Below, piece by piece: positions 7,808-16,187 of a stretch of DNA of 32,000 nt. The notes beneath the pieces are model-generated. The model was not told the DNA's origin. It worked only from the letters and a program-made list of their open reading frames with translations, and ran no database searches. This DNA is from Nanobdella aerobiophila (lineage in GTDB: Archaea; Nanobdellota; Nanobdellia; Nanobdellales; Nanobdellaceae): positions 60,001 to 92,000 of the forward strand of contig NZ_AP019769.1 in NCBI RefSeq assembly GCF_023169545.1, read 5' to 3'. The stretch's first letter is position 1; the number at the start of each line of letters is the position of its first letter. A program made the position numbers and the translations under genes.

Positions 7808-9019
7808 ATGAAAATATTATTTTTATCGTGGGGAATTCTGCCGCAGAAAACCGGTGGCCTAGAAAAAGCCACGTATTATTATTTCAAATATCTTGATAAT
7901 AAAAATAATACAGTATATTTATTTATTCCAAACCTGACTAAAGATGTATATAATTTTTGGTCAAACAAATTAGTGAATTCAAAGATATTTGGGTTAAACA
8001 TAGATACTTTTAAATCTTATATAGACTATTTTCGGTACGAATCTTTTACTTTATATAAAAAAAATCTGGTAGATTATAGATCTGCAGTTAATGAGTATAA
8101 AAATAGGTTAATTGATTTCTTAAAGAATAATAAATTGGATTTTGATATAATATATGCATATGATTGGTTAACAACACCTGCAGCTATAGAGTTGAAAAAG
8201 ATATATAAAAAACCATTAATAATCCATTTTCATTCTCTTGCATATGATAGAGTTGGTGCAAATCCAGATCTATTAAAATATCTTTATGATTATGATTATG
8301 GTATAGAGATAGAAGGATGTAGAAATGCTGATTATGTAATTACTGTTAGTAAGAGAGAAAAAGAAATATTAGAAAAATATTATTTTTGTAATGGTAATAA
8401 GATAAATGTAATATATAATGCTCCGGATGAAGACTTTAAATTGAAGGAAAAAATAAGATCAAAAATAAATGATAAATATAAAATTGTATTATTTTTGGGA
8501 AGAATTACATTGCATAAGGGTCCAGATTATTTGCTAAGAGCAGCCAAGAAAGTATTAGAGAAAAATAAAAATGTATTATTTATATTTGCAGGTACGGGGG
8601 AAATGTTGGATCAGCTAATAAAATTAGCTGCTGAACTAAAAATATCTAAGAATGTAATTTTTACAGGTTGGATTGATGATGAATTGGCAGAATATTTGTA
8701 CTCAATATCCGATATTTTTGTATTACCTTCTATATCCGAACCATTTGGTTTGACTCCTTTTGAAGCATTACAATATAAAGATTATATAATATTGTCTAAA
8801 CAAGCAGGAGTTGCGGAAGTACTAAAAAGTGCATTAAAAATAGATTTTTGGGATGTAGATAAATTAGCAAATTATATATTAGCATTATTGGAGTATAGGG
8901 TTTTAGGTGATTATGAACTAAAATTATGTCTAGATGATATAAAAAATATTTCTTGGGAGGATTCTGTTAATGTTTTATTATCTATTTTTGATAAAGTTAT
9001 CAATATCAATAGATCTTAG
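7808..9019 (+). CDS. Glycogen synthase-like glycosyltransferase (GT5/GT4, GlgA-like)
   Basis: N-terminus MKILFLSWGILPQKTGGLEKA resembles archaeal GlgA (F..lP.K.GGLaea). C-terminal GT-B motif SISEPFGLTPFEALQ. ATG 7808 preferred over the upstream TTG 7784 of the ORF track. Confidence 0.7.
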   Translation: MKILFLSWGILPQKTGGLEKATYYYFKYLDNKNNTVYLFIPNLTKDVYNFWSNKLVNSKIFGLNIDTFKSYIDYFRYESFTLYKKNLVDYRSAVNEYKNRLIDFLKNNKLDFDIIYAYDWLTTPAAIELKKIYKKPLIIHFHSLAYDRVGANPDLLKYLYDYDYGIEIEGCRNADYVITVSKREKEILEKYYFCNGNKINVIYNAPDEDFKLKEKIRSKINDKYKIVLFLGRITLHKGPDYLLRAAKKVLEKNKNVLFIFAGTGEMLDQLIKLAAELKISKNVIFTGWIDDELAEYLYSISDIFVLPSISEPFGLTPFEALQYKDYIILSKQAGVAEVLKSALKIDFWDVDKLANYILALLEYRVLGDYELKLCLDDIKNISWEDSVNVLLSIFDKVININRS

Positions 9020-10150
9020 TATATTCATATAAGATATGAATGAATCATAAGGTGTAGCAAAGGCCTCTTCTCTAAAGTATTTGTGTACATCACCATCAGC
9101 ATTATATTTTAAACTCATATAATAAAAATTATCCGAGGTTGTTAAATATCTTAATACTTTCATTACTTCTTGATTATCTTTATTTTTTTCATATATCTCT
9201 TTTAGATATTCTATAGCCTCTTTCTGTATATTATCACCCATCCATGCTGATAAATCTCTTTCAATATCGGCCCATGATATTAAGTTTTCTATGCTTATTT
9301 CATCTTTGACTTCAAAGCTATTTGATGCTTCATTTATAGTATATGTTTCTATTTCTTTATTCTTACCTATGTATTCTAATAGTTTGTTCCAGAAATTAAA
9401 TATGCCTGTTTCTGGCCATATATGCTCTCCTATTGTTTCAAAGTCCATGAATATATTTATTATATCGCCTGGAGTTTTTTTAATCCACTCATAATACTTA
9501 TCTGCTGTTAATGGATATTCTTCCCAGTTTCTATTACCGAATCTAAATGCTATATCATCGGATAATTTATAATTCCTTAATAATAATCTAAGATTGTTAC
9601 CCTTTAATTTATATACATAATTTGGACTCTTCCAACCTAAAATACTATCTGCTCCTTCTGTTAATGCAGTTTCAAAACCAAGATTATATACTATATTTCC
9701 AATATCATTATTAAATACTAGTTCAAAGTTTCTGAAACTTCTACTATTATAATTAAATAATTCTTTTATTTTTTTCTTATGCATTTTTATTTGCTCTATA
9801 AACTCTTTTTTATCTATTAGATATGATATTGAATGGAAATAGGTTTCCGAAACAATTTCAACATTTCCCGTATCTACAAGTCTTTTCCATAATTCTAATA
9901 TTTCTGGGTGATATAGCTCTAATTGCTCTATTAATGTACCTGAAATTGAAAAAGAAAATTTTAAGTCATATTTTGTACAATTATTATATATCATTTCTAG
10001 AGCTGGTTTATAGGACTTATTTACTACCCTATCAAGTATTCTCTTGTTAATATTATCATTAAAATAATCTTTTGATCCTATATCAAAAAATGAATAATAT
10101 CTTGTTCTTCTAGGCTGGTGTGCATGAAAGTAGAATATTATTCCAGACAT
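8978..10150 (-). CDS. Glycoside hydrolase family 57 protein (alpha-amylase/alpha-glucan-active)
   Basis: 390 aa. N-terminus IIFYFHAHQPRR is the GH57 region-I signature (HQP). Later FMDFETIGEHIWPE resembles the GH57 catalytic-region pattern. The 3' end overlaps the GT gene by 42 nt (convergent). Confidence 0.8.
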   Translation of the reverse strand: MSGIIFYFHAHQPRRTRYYSFFDIGSKDYFNDNINKRILDRVVNKSYKPALEMIYNNCTKYDLKFSFSISGTLIEQLELYHPEILELWKRLVDTGNVEIVSETYFHSISYLIDKKEFIEQIKMHKKKIKELFNYNSRSFRNFELVFNNDIGNIVYNLGFETALTEGADSILGWKSPNYVYKLKGNNLRLLLRNYKLSDDIAFRFGNRNWEEYPLTADKYYEWIKKTPGDIINIFMDFETIGEHIWPETGIFNFWNKLLEYIGKNKEIETYTINEASNSFEVKDEISIENLISWADIERDLSAWMGDNIQKEAIEYLKEIYEKNKDNQEVMKVLRYLTTSDNFYYMSLKYNADGDVHKYFREEAFATPYDSFISYMNILRSIDIDNFIKNR

Positions 10151-10160
10151 AAATATTTTT

Positions 10161-10180
10161 TAAATTATAAATAATATAAA
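10161..10180. promoter_or_regulatory. Candidate back-to-back TATA elements in a 36-nt divergent spacer
   Basis: taaattataaataatataaa lies between the GH57 start (10150, minus) and the small-ORF start (10187, plus). Each start is about 20-30 nt from a TATA-like half. Low specificity in AT-rich DNA. Confidence 0.3.
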
Positions 10181-10186
10181 TCTTTT

Positions 10187-10501
10187 ATGATAAAAATAGA
10201 AAGAGAAAATGAATCTTTTACTACTTTAGATGGACAAAAATTATATGGTATTCAAGATTTAATAATATGGTTATATAACTGCTCAGATTATGATTTTAAA
10301 TATCATAATGATAGAAAAGATTTTTACAATTGGATCTATTACTCTTTAAATGAGAGAGATTTGGCAGAAAAAATAATAAATATAAATAATAAAATTGATT
10401 TAATAAAAATTCTAGATGACTTTATGAAGAGCTTAGAAATATATAATAAAAAGAAGATATCGGATGAAGAAGCTGAAGTAGAGTTTATAAAATATATATA
10501 A
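10187..10501 (+). CDS. Small conserved-looking hypothetical protein, first gene of the ParA/glycogen-synthase operon
   Basis: 104 aa. Pattern F.TLDGQKLYGIQDLIIWL..CSDYDFKYHNDRKDFYNWIYYSLNERDLAEKI. From memory this resembles small DUF5752-type proteins seen near GH57/glycogen genes; unverified. Its stop overlaps the next start (TAATG at 10499-10503). Confidence 0.5.
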   Translation: MIKIERENESFTTLDGQKLYGIQDLIIWLYNCSDYDFKYHNDRKDFYNWIYYSLNERDLAEKIININNKIDLIKILDDFMKSLEIYNKKKISDEEAEVEFIKYI

Positions 10502-11166
10502 TGATAATATCTTTTATATCATTAAAAGGCGGTGTAGGAAAAACTACATTATCAATAAATTTAGGGGCATATCTAAAGAAATTTTACAATTACAAGGTTC
10601 TATTAATTGATACAAATGGAAAATATTCCCAAAATCTATTTTATCTAAAAGAAAATAATTTCTATGGAAATAGATTATGGAATGATATTAAAATTACTCC
10701 ATTTTATCATCTAAAAATAATCGATAGATTACCAGAAACTTATATAAATGATATAAATTATTTAAAGAGGGTATATGATATTATAATATTTGATGTATTT
10801 CCAAATCCAGAATTAATAATAGATATATCTAGAATATCCGATATTATATTTCTAGTAATAAATCCAGATTTTTATTCTTTATATGTTAATAGGAAATTAT
10901 ATAATTATCTAGAAAAAGATAAGGTTAAGATAGTTGTAAATAAATATGACAAATCTTTAGATCTAGATTTTATATCTGAAGTATTTGAAAAGGATGTATA
11001 CTGTGCCATTCCAATGAACAAAGATTTATCTATATTTCAGTATAAATATGCGCCTATATCATTTTATAATGAAAAATCAAAGGCATTAAATTATATAGAT
11101 CAACTATCATATTTAGTTACTGGTAAAAGGATCAAGAAAGGTATATTTAGTAAGATTTTTGGATGA
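10501..11166 (+). CDS. ParA/MinD-family P-loop ATPase (deviant Walker A)
   Basis: 221 aa. Deviant Walker A SLKGGVGKTT with the signature Lys. Walker A' VLLIDTN. Walker B IIIFDVFP. Start overlaps the upstream stop, and its own stop overlaps the next start (ATGA at 11163-11166). Confidence 0.8.
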   Translation: MIISFISLKGGVGKTTLSINLGAYLKKFYNYKVLLIDTNGKYSQNLFYLKENNFYGNRLWNDIKITPFYHLKIIDRLPETYINDINYLKRVYDIIIFDVFPNPELIIDISRISDIIFLVINPDFYSLYVNRKLYNYLEKDKVKIVVNKYDKSLDLDFISEVFEKDVYCAIPMNKDLSIFQYKYAPISFYNEKSKALNYIDQLSYLVTGKRIKKGIFSKIFG

Positions 11167-12779
11167 TACTATTTGAAGAATCTTGGGAGGTATGTAATAA
11201 GGTTGGTGGTATATATACAGTAATAAGTTCGAAAGCTAAATATATAAAGGACGCATTAAATAATAATTATTTTTTGATAGGCCCTTATAAGGATAATAAT
11301 GATTTTATAGAATTAGAACCATTAAATTATATAAAGGAAATAAATAGTTCAATAGATAATATAAAAGTTCATTATGGTTATTGGGATATAGATTCAAAAC
11401 CCTATGTATTTTTAATAGAGTTTGATGATTTTTTAAAAAAAGAAAAAGACCTATGGAAATATAAATTCTGGGAATGGTATAAAATAGACTCTTTAAATTC
11501 GGATTTTACATTTGATGAACCTTTATTATGGTCAATATCAGTAGGTATATTTCTAGAAAAATTACAAAATTATATAAAAGATAAAAAAATATTACATGCG
11601 CATGAATGGTTATCAGGAGGAACAATATTATATATTAAAAAAAAGAATTTGAATTACAAGACTGTATTTACTATACATGGTACTGTAGTTGGACGGTCTA
11701 TATCCGAAAAGAATATAGATGTAATAAAATCTCTAGATTATATTAATGCAGATCAGGATTCATATAGGCTGGGAGTGAATTCTAAGCATCAAATAGAAAA
11801 AAATACAATATTAAATTCCGATATCTTTACTACAGTTTCAGATAATTTAAAATATGAATCATTAAAATTATTTGGCAGAAATCCGGATTATATAACATAT
11901 AATTATATAGATATAAAAGATAAAGATATTATCAAGAATTATAATATAGGGAAAAAATGGATGGATGAATTTTTAACATGGTATTTTTATCCTTATTATG
12001 ATTTGCGTGATGATTATTTATTATTCTATACTATAGGAAGATATGAAATATATAATAAAGGTATAGATCTATATATAGATTTATTAAAATACTTTAATGA
12101 TAAAAATCTAGATATAATATCATTTATATTTGTCCCTTATACAGTAGAAAATATATCTGAAGAAATACTAAAAAATTACAGAAAATATAATGAACTAAAG
12201 AAATATATAGAGGATAATGAATATAATATCATAAGAGGTCTTTATAATAATCAATATTTTTTAAATCCACTAGAAAGGAAAAATAAAAATCCGGAAATAT
12301 GTACTCATAAGACGTCAGAAAATACAATAATTAATCTATTAAAGGAGAATAATCTGTTAAATTCTAAAGAAAACTCTGTAAAAGTCATATATGCACCAAT
12401 ATATTTAGGAAATGATATATTATTTAATATAGAGCAAGAATATTTATTATCGATTTTTGATTTTGGTTTCTTTTTATCCAGATATGAACCATATGGGTAT
12501 ACACCCCTTGAAGCATTAAATAATTATAATCCAATAGTTATCTCAAATAGAACTGGATTTTATAAAACCCTAGAATCTAAAAATATAAAAAATGATTTTA
12601 TAATAAGCATAGATCCATATAATATAGATAAAGAATATTTATATAATAAAATTATAGAATATAAAAATTTAGATAATTACTCTAAATTGAATGTAAAAAA
12701 TCAAATGTATAATATATCTAGACTATTTAGTTGGAAAAATAATATAAATGAATATTTAAATATATATAATAATCTTTAA
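11163..12779 (+). CDS. Glycogen synthase, eukaryote-type (GT3 / Glycogen_syn family)
   Basis: 538 aa. N-terminus [25 protein letters not shown] closely parallels animal/yeast glycogen synthase ([23 protein letters not shown]). The C-terminal [13 protein letters not shown] parallels YYEPWGYTPAEC. Confidence 0.75.
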   Translation: [538 protein letters not shown]

Positions 12780-12804
12780 AAATTATAAGAATTTATAAAA
12801 ATAA

Positions 12805-13425
12805 ATGGGAAGTTTTGCATCTCTATTATTAGTTATAATGAATAATCTTGGTTTAAATTTAATATTTTTGTTTCTGTTTTATTTTGGTCTTTTTTATTTT
12901 ATAATATCTTATATACTTAGATTATTACAAAAAAATGATACATCTAAGATTAATATAAATCCAATAGCTATTATATTATCAATCTCTATATCCTACTTAT
13001 TAACGACATTTTCTGGATTTATAGGATTTACCCAATATTTTTTAGCATTTAATACATCTATACTACTTCTATTATTCTTTTTTATACTTATGGGTTCTTT
13101 AATCTCCGGAGGTGCATTAACTGATTCTTTATCTCAGATTGTAAAACTACAGGATCCTAAGCAGGTGCAATCTTCTAATGGTGGGAGGATTATCCTTATA
13201 ACTATTGTAGTATTTTTGATTGTTTTTGGGATATTATCTATGTATTTTGGATATCAAAATTATTTTTTATCATTATCTAGTTCTAATTCTTTACAAGCTC
13301 AGCAATTTTTATCTGTAGGAAATCCATATATCCTATTTTTACTATTTTTCTTTATAATTCTCGGTGTTGGTATAATTTTATTGGGTGCAGGAGGAGATTC
13401 GAAGCCAAAAGGACCAGCTAAATAG
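12805..13425 (+). CDS. Hypothetical polytopic membrane protein
   Basis: 206 aa with about 5 hydrophobic helices and a Gly/Lys/Pro-rich tail (GAGGDSKPKGPAK). No recognisable family. Confidence 0.5.
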   Translation: MGSFASLLLVIMNNLGLNLIFLFLFYFGLFYFIISYILRLLQKNDTSKININPIAIILSISISYLLTTFSGFIGFTQYFLAFNTSILLLLFFFILMGSLISGGALTDSLSQIVKLQDPKQVQSSNGGRIILITIVVFLIVFGILSMYFGYQNYFLSLSSSNSLQAQQFLSVGNPYILFLLFFFIILGVGIILLGAGGDSKPKGPAK

Positions 13426-13431
13426 TAATAG

Positions 13432-14121
13432 TTAGTTTTTTTGTTCTTCTATTATGCAGCTATCTCCGCATATCTTTCCTATATCCGAATAAAATTCAGA
13501 AACTAAACCTACTGGTATCTCTAATATAGCTTGATAATTTTCAGTCCAATTTTCTTTTATAACCTTATATTTATTTTTTATTATTCCAATAATTTTGAAT
13601 TTATCTGGATATACTGTTATTTTTATATTTTTATACTCTATTTTTAGTGGATATATCTTTTTTATTTCTTTTATAATATCATTGGCCTGCTTTTCTATAG
13701 GCGTATTTATGTCTATATTATATTTGACCATTTCAAATAATTGTTTTGCTCTTTCATATGTTAATGCCATATTATTTTTCGAATCATAGCCTATCCTCCT
13801 TATATATTCTATTATCTGTCTTTTTCTTTCTTCAATCAGTTCTTTTTTATATTCTGTTGGTAATGGTATCTCAGAATTATTTAAAATTTCCTCTGCAACT
13901 TTTAATATATCTGTAGTTCCAAAGACCTTTTTTAAAGATTCGGTAGATGCTCTTTCGCCCTTTTTAGAATCCTTGAATATTTCTTCTACAACTAATACTT
14001 CTTTTACATTTTTTATTTTACCTTGCTTAAAATCTATTCCTCTTTTTAAAAAAATTAATAATTCAAAATTATAACCTTCTTTTTTATACTTTATAGTTAT
14101 CTCTTGATCACTGTTCTTCAT
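13432..14121 (-). CDS. SBDS-family ribosome maturation protein (Sdo1)
   Basis: 229 aa. EIFKDSKKGERASTESLKKVFGTTDILKVAEEILNNSEIPLPTEYKKELIEERKRQII matches the SBDS FYSH and central domains. Overlaps psmA by 14 nt. Confidence 0.85.
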   Translation of the reverse strand: MKNSDQEITIKYKKEGYNFELLIFLKRGIDFKQGKIKNVKEVLVVEEIFKDSKKGERASTESLKKVFGTTDILKVAEEILNNSEIPLPTEYKKELIEERKRQIIEYIRRIGYDSKNNMALTYERAKQLFEMVKYNIDINTPIEKQANDIIKEIKKIYPLKIEYKNIKITVYPDKFKIIGIIKNKYKVIKENWTENYQAILEIPVGLVSEFYSDIGKICGDSCIIEEQKN

Positions 14122-14827
14122 ATATCTTTTTTACTTCATGATTTTCTAATATTCTTATCTTTTCTCCAGACTTCGCATATCCTACTATTATCCTTTCAAA
14201 AGAGAAATTATTTTTTAAATAGTCCTTTAAGATGGATATTCCGAATTTTATTGCTTCTTCTATACTCATATCTTTGTATTTTTCTTCTAATACCTTCATT
14301 ATAGAATCTTCACCTTCTCCTATAGCTATAGCATTATATCTATAAAAAATTCCGGATGGATCTAGTGCATATATCTTTGGTTCTGAATTTTTGTCTATTC
14401 CTCCTATTATTAATGATATACCTAGAGGTCTAACACCTCCATATCTTGTATAAGATTGCATTACATCGCTTAGATCTCTTACTAATAATTCTATATCCAT
14501 CTGTTTATTATATTGTAATCTATGATTTTGTGCGATTTCTCTAGCATAATCTATTAGTACTCTTCCATCTGGTATGAATCCAGAAAATGTACCAATTATG
14601 TTTTCATCTATTTCTAATATTTTTTCTATAGAATTTGATATTACCAACTTGCTAGGTATTTTTTTATCTGCTACTATAACTACTCCATCATTTGCTACGA
14701 TCCCTATTGCTGTTGAACCTGATTTTGCGGCTTGTTTAGCATACTCTACTTGTACTAATTTTCCTTCTGGTGAGAATATCATCCATCCTCTTTCCATACC
14801 ACCTTGTTGTGTGTATTCATTATCCAT
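14108..14827 (-). CDS. psmA: Proteasome subunit alpha
   Basis: 239 aa. The alpha-specific N-terminal motif IFSPEGKLVQVEYAKQA, followed by a typical Ntn-hydrolase-fold sequence. Confidence 0.9.
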   Translation of the reverse strand: MDNEYTQQGGMERGWMIFSPEGKLVQVEYAKQAAKSGSTAIGIVANDGVVIVADKKIPSKLVISNSIEKILEIDENIIGTFSGFIPDGRVLIDYAREIAQNHRLQYNKQMDIELLVRDLSDVMQSYTRYGGVRPLGISLIIGGIDKNSEPKIYALDPSGIFYRYNAIAIGEGEDSIMKVLEEKYKDMSIEEAIKFGISILKDYLKNNFSFERIIVGYAKSGEKIRILENHEVKKIYEEQ

Positions 14828-14838
14828 ATGAATACGAT

Positions 14839-15117
14839 TTAGAATATATTTAAAAAGTCTTTTGATTGTTTTAAAGTATTAAAAACTTTTATTATTTTTT
14901 TATTCTGTAGATATAATATAAATATTACCTTATATATATCTTTTCTATTTACTATGATTATATAGAAATCATTATATGTTATATAATCAAAATTTAGTTT
15001 ATAATAATCTATATAACCAAAAAAATTTATATAGTCCTTCTTGAACCTTTTTATATCTACATTATTTAATATTATATATCTTCTTTTTATCTTTAATACC
15101 CTTGGTAATACTACCAC
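14839..15117 (-). CDS. rnp2: RNase P protein component 2 (Pop5/Rpp14-like), short form
   Basis: 92 aa with a GTG start. LPRVLKIKRRYIIL matches the Pop5 N-terminal LPptLR.KkRYIaf. The later ..IIIVNRKDIYKVIFILYL...IIKVFNTLKQ parallels giIRc.r......al.l....i.vlgvSGTi. It sits directly upstream of psmA, as in the archaeal exosome/proteasome superoperon. The start overlaps the TFB stop (GTGGTAG). Confidence 0.65.
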   Translation of the reverse strand: MVVLPRVLKIKRRYIILNNVDIKRFKKDYINFFGYIDYYKLNFDYITYNDFYIIIVNRKDIYKVIFILYLQNKKIIKVFNTLKQSKDFLNIF

Positions 15118-16037
15118 TCTTCTACACTATTTAATTTCGCTTCAATATCCTTTAGTTTTAGTTTTTCAAGCATTTCTTTATATCTATTTCTTATTGTAAC
15201 TTCAGTAATCCCTGCCACTTCTGCTATATCCTTTTGAGTTTTTTGTATACCATGTTTTACACATGCTAAATATATTGCTGCAGCCGCTACACCAGCAGGA
15301 CCTCTACCTGCAGTTATATCCGCCTCCTTCGCCTTTTCTACTATTTCTACAGAGGTAGTTATTACTTCAGGTGGAAGATTTAATAATGAAGAGAATCTAT
15401 GTACGTACTCTGTAACTTCAATTGGCGTTATTTTTATCTTTAGAGCTTGTAATAGATGTTTATATGTCCTACCAAGTTCTTTTTTATGTATATTTGAAGC
15501 TTTTATTATTTCATCTATTGTTCTAGCTACATCATGTATTCTACATGCAATATATACGCAAGATGCTACTACGTTTTCAACAGATCTACCTCTAATTAGA
15601 CCCTTTTCCACTGCTTCTAGATATAATTTCAACGCAGTTTCTTCTACTTGTTTTGGTAATTGTAGGAAAGATGATATTCTTTTTAATTCCTGTTGGGCTA
15701 GCTTTAGATTTCTTTCATATGAACTTGTAGACCTTTGTTGCCATTTTTTTAATTTCCTTGTTAATGAGTAATCTTCTTCTCCTGATTCTACCCTACCAAT
15801 TTCAGTAGATAAAGAACTTGCCATATTCGAAAATTTGATTGCGCTACCTGTTCTTGACCTTCTTTCAACATCCTCATTGTTTATTGTTCTATATTCTTTT
15901 CCTAGATATGGCACTTCTTCCATTACATATCCACATTTTGTACAGATCAGCTCAGCAGTTTTTTCATTATATACGAATTCTGTACCACCGCATACAGGAC
16001 ATTTTAACTCCTCTTTTTTTATAAGTTTTTGGACCAT
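15111..16037 (-). CDS. tfb: Transcription initiation factor IIB (TFB)
   Basis: 308 aa. N-terminal Zn ribbon CPVCGGTEFVYNEKTAELICTKCG followed by two cyclin-fold repeats (GRS.E.V.A.C.YIACR.. and GR.P.GVAAAAIYLA). Confidence 0.9.
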   Translation of the reverse strand: MVQKLIKKEELKCPVCGGTEFVYNEKTAELICTKCGYVMEEVPYLGKEYRTINNEDVERRSRTGSAIKFSNMASSLSTEIGRVESGEEDYSLTRKLKKWQQRSTSSYERNLKLAQQELKRISSFLQLPKQVEETALKLYLEAVEKGLIRGRSVENVVASCVYIACRIHDVARTIDEIIKASNIHKKELGRTYKHLLQALKIKITPIEVTEYVHRFSSLLNLPPEVITTSVEIVEKAKEADITAGRGPAGVAAAAIYLACVKHGIQKTQKDIAEVAGITEVTIRNRYKEMLEKLKLKDIEAKLNSVEEW

Positions 16038-16057
16038 TATAAATTTTTAAATATTAT

Positions 16058-16070
16058 CTTTATAAATTTA
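16058..16070 (-). promoter_or_regulatory. Candidate TATA box for the TFB operon (short or no leader)
   Basis: The minus strand reads TTTATAAAG about 22-30 nt upstream of the TFB ATG (16037). Low specificity in this AT-rich background. Confidence 0.3.
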
Positions 16071-16187
16071 ATCTTTTAAATGTTACTACTAAAACTAGTC
16101 ACTTTTAAGGAAATAATTGTTTAAAATAATATATAAAGTAGAACCTTTTATACCTAAAATATTTATAATAAAAGAAAGGCATATCTT

